Below are positions 4,843-5,082 of a stretch of DNA of 5,082 bases, piece after piece (the first letter of the stretch is position 1; every line of letters begins with the position of its first letter). This stretch comes from an uncultured archaeon (GTDB taxonomy: Archaea; Asgardarchaeota; Lokiarchaeia; Sigyniarchaeales; Promethearchaeaceae). Position numbers and translations under genes: made by a program. The notes under the pieces were generated by a model. The model made no database searches and was not told the origin of the DNA. It saw nothing but the letters and a program-made list of their open reading frames with translations. The DNA is taken from positions 2,966 to 8,047 of the forward strand of contig CAYRPF010000061.1 in assembly GCA_964426185.1 (NCBI GenBank), written 5' to 3'.

Positions 4843-5082
4843 AAATATTTAGATTAAATAATGTAAAATATTATTTGAATATTGTTCATTCCCATTAGGA
4901 ATACTTGATATGGGGAGAAAATCAGTTAATCTTTTGTATTTCATGGGGAAAATTACCAACAATGGTATGAAATGGTAAAGTAAATCAAAAAAAATGTACT
5001 TTGCAATTTTTCATATAATGAAATGATATGCATTTGAGGAATATTTTGTAATCCACCTAAATCTAATTCAATCACCTCTATC

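Noticed and set aside
4953-5082. Open minus-strand frame entering from the right edge (IEVIELDLGGLQNIPQ...HCW*), faintly LRR-like, with a GAGGTGA SD-like motif
   Set aside because: Only 42 codons are visible and there is no suitably spaced start after the motif; cannot be called without flanking sequence.

Overview
AT-rich archaeal chromosomal window. The archaeal-type MAT and uL2 are clear. An Asgard/Lokiarchaeia-like origin is plausible but is inference only. From right to left on the minus strand: archaeal S-adenosylmethionine synthetase (mat), a stand-alone rpl2 (uL2) and an intronless tRNA-Lys(CUU). A small accessory block follows: a decayed histidine-kinase HATPase_c fragment and an AbrB/SpoVT-type regulator (both + strand), divergent from a TauE/SafE (TSUP) transporter. 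Last is a helical/coiled-coil hypothetical gene that runs off the left edge and is missing from the ORF track. The most interesting signals are non-coding: (1) a ~125-nt structured mat 5' leader with strand-specific G-U pairs and mutually exclusive helices, one masking the ribosome-binding site (candidate archaeal SAM-responsive switch); (2) matching ACCAATA inverted-repeat sites in front of both the AbrB-like gene and the TSUP gene; (3) a GC-rich structured element downstream of TSUP. All folds and family calls were made by eye, not computed.
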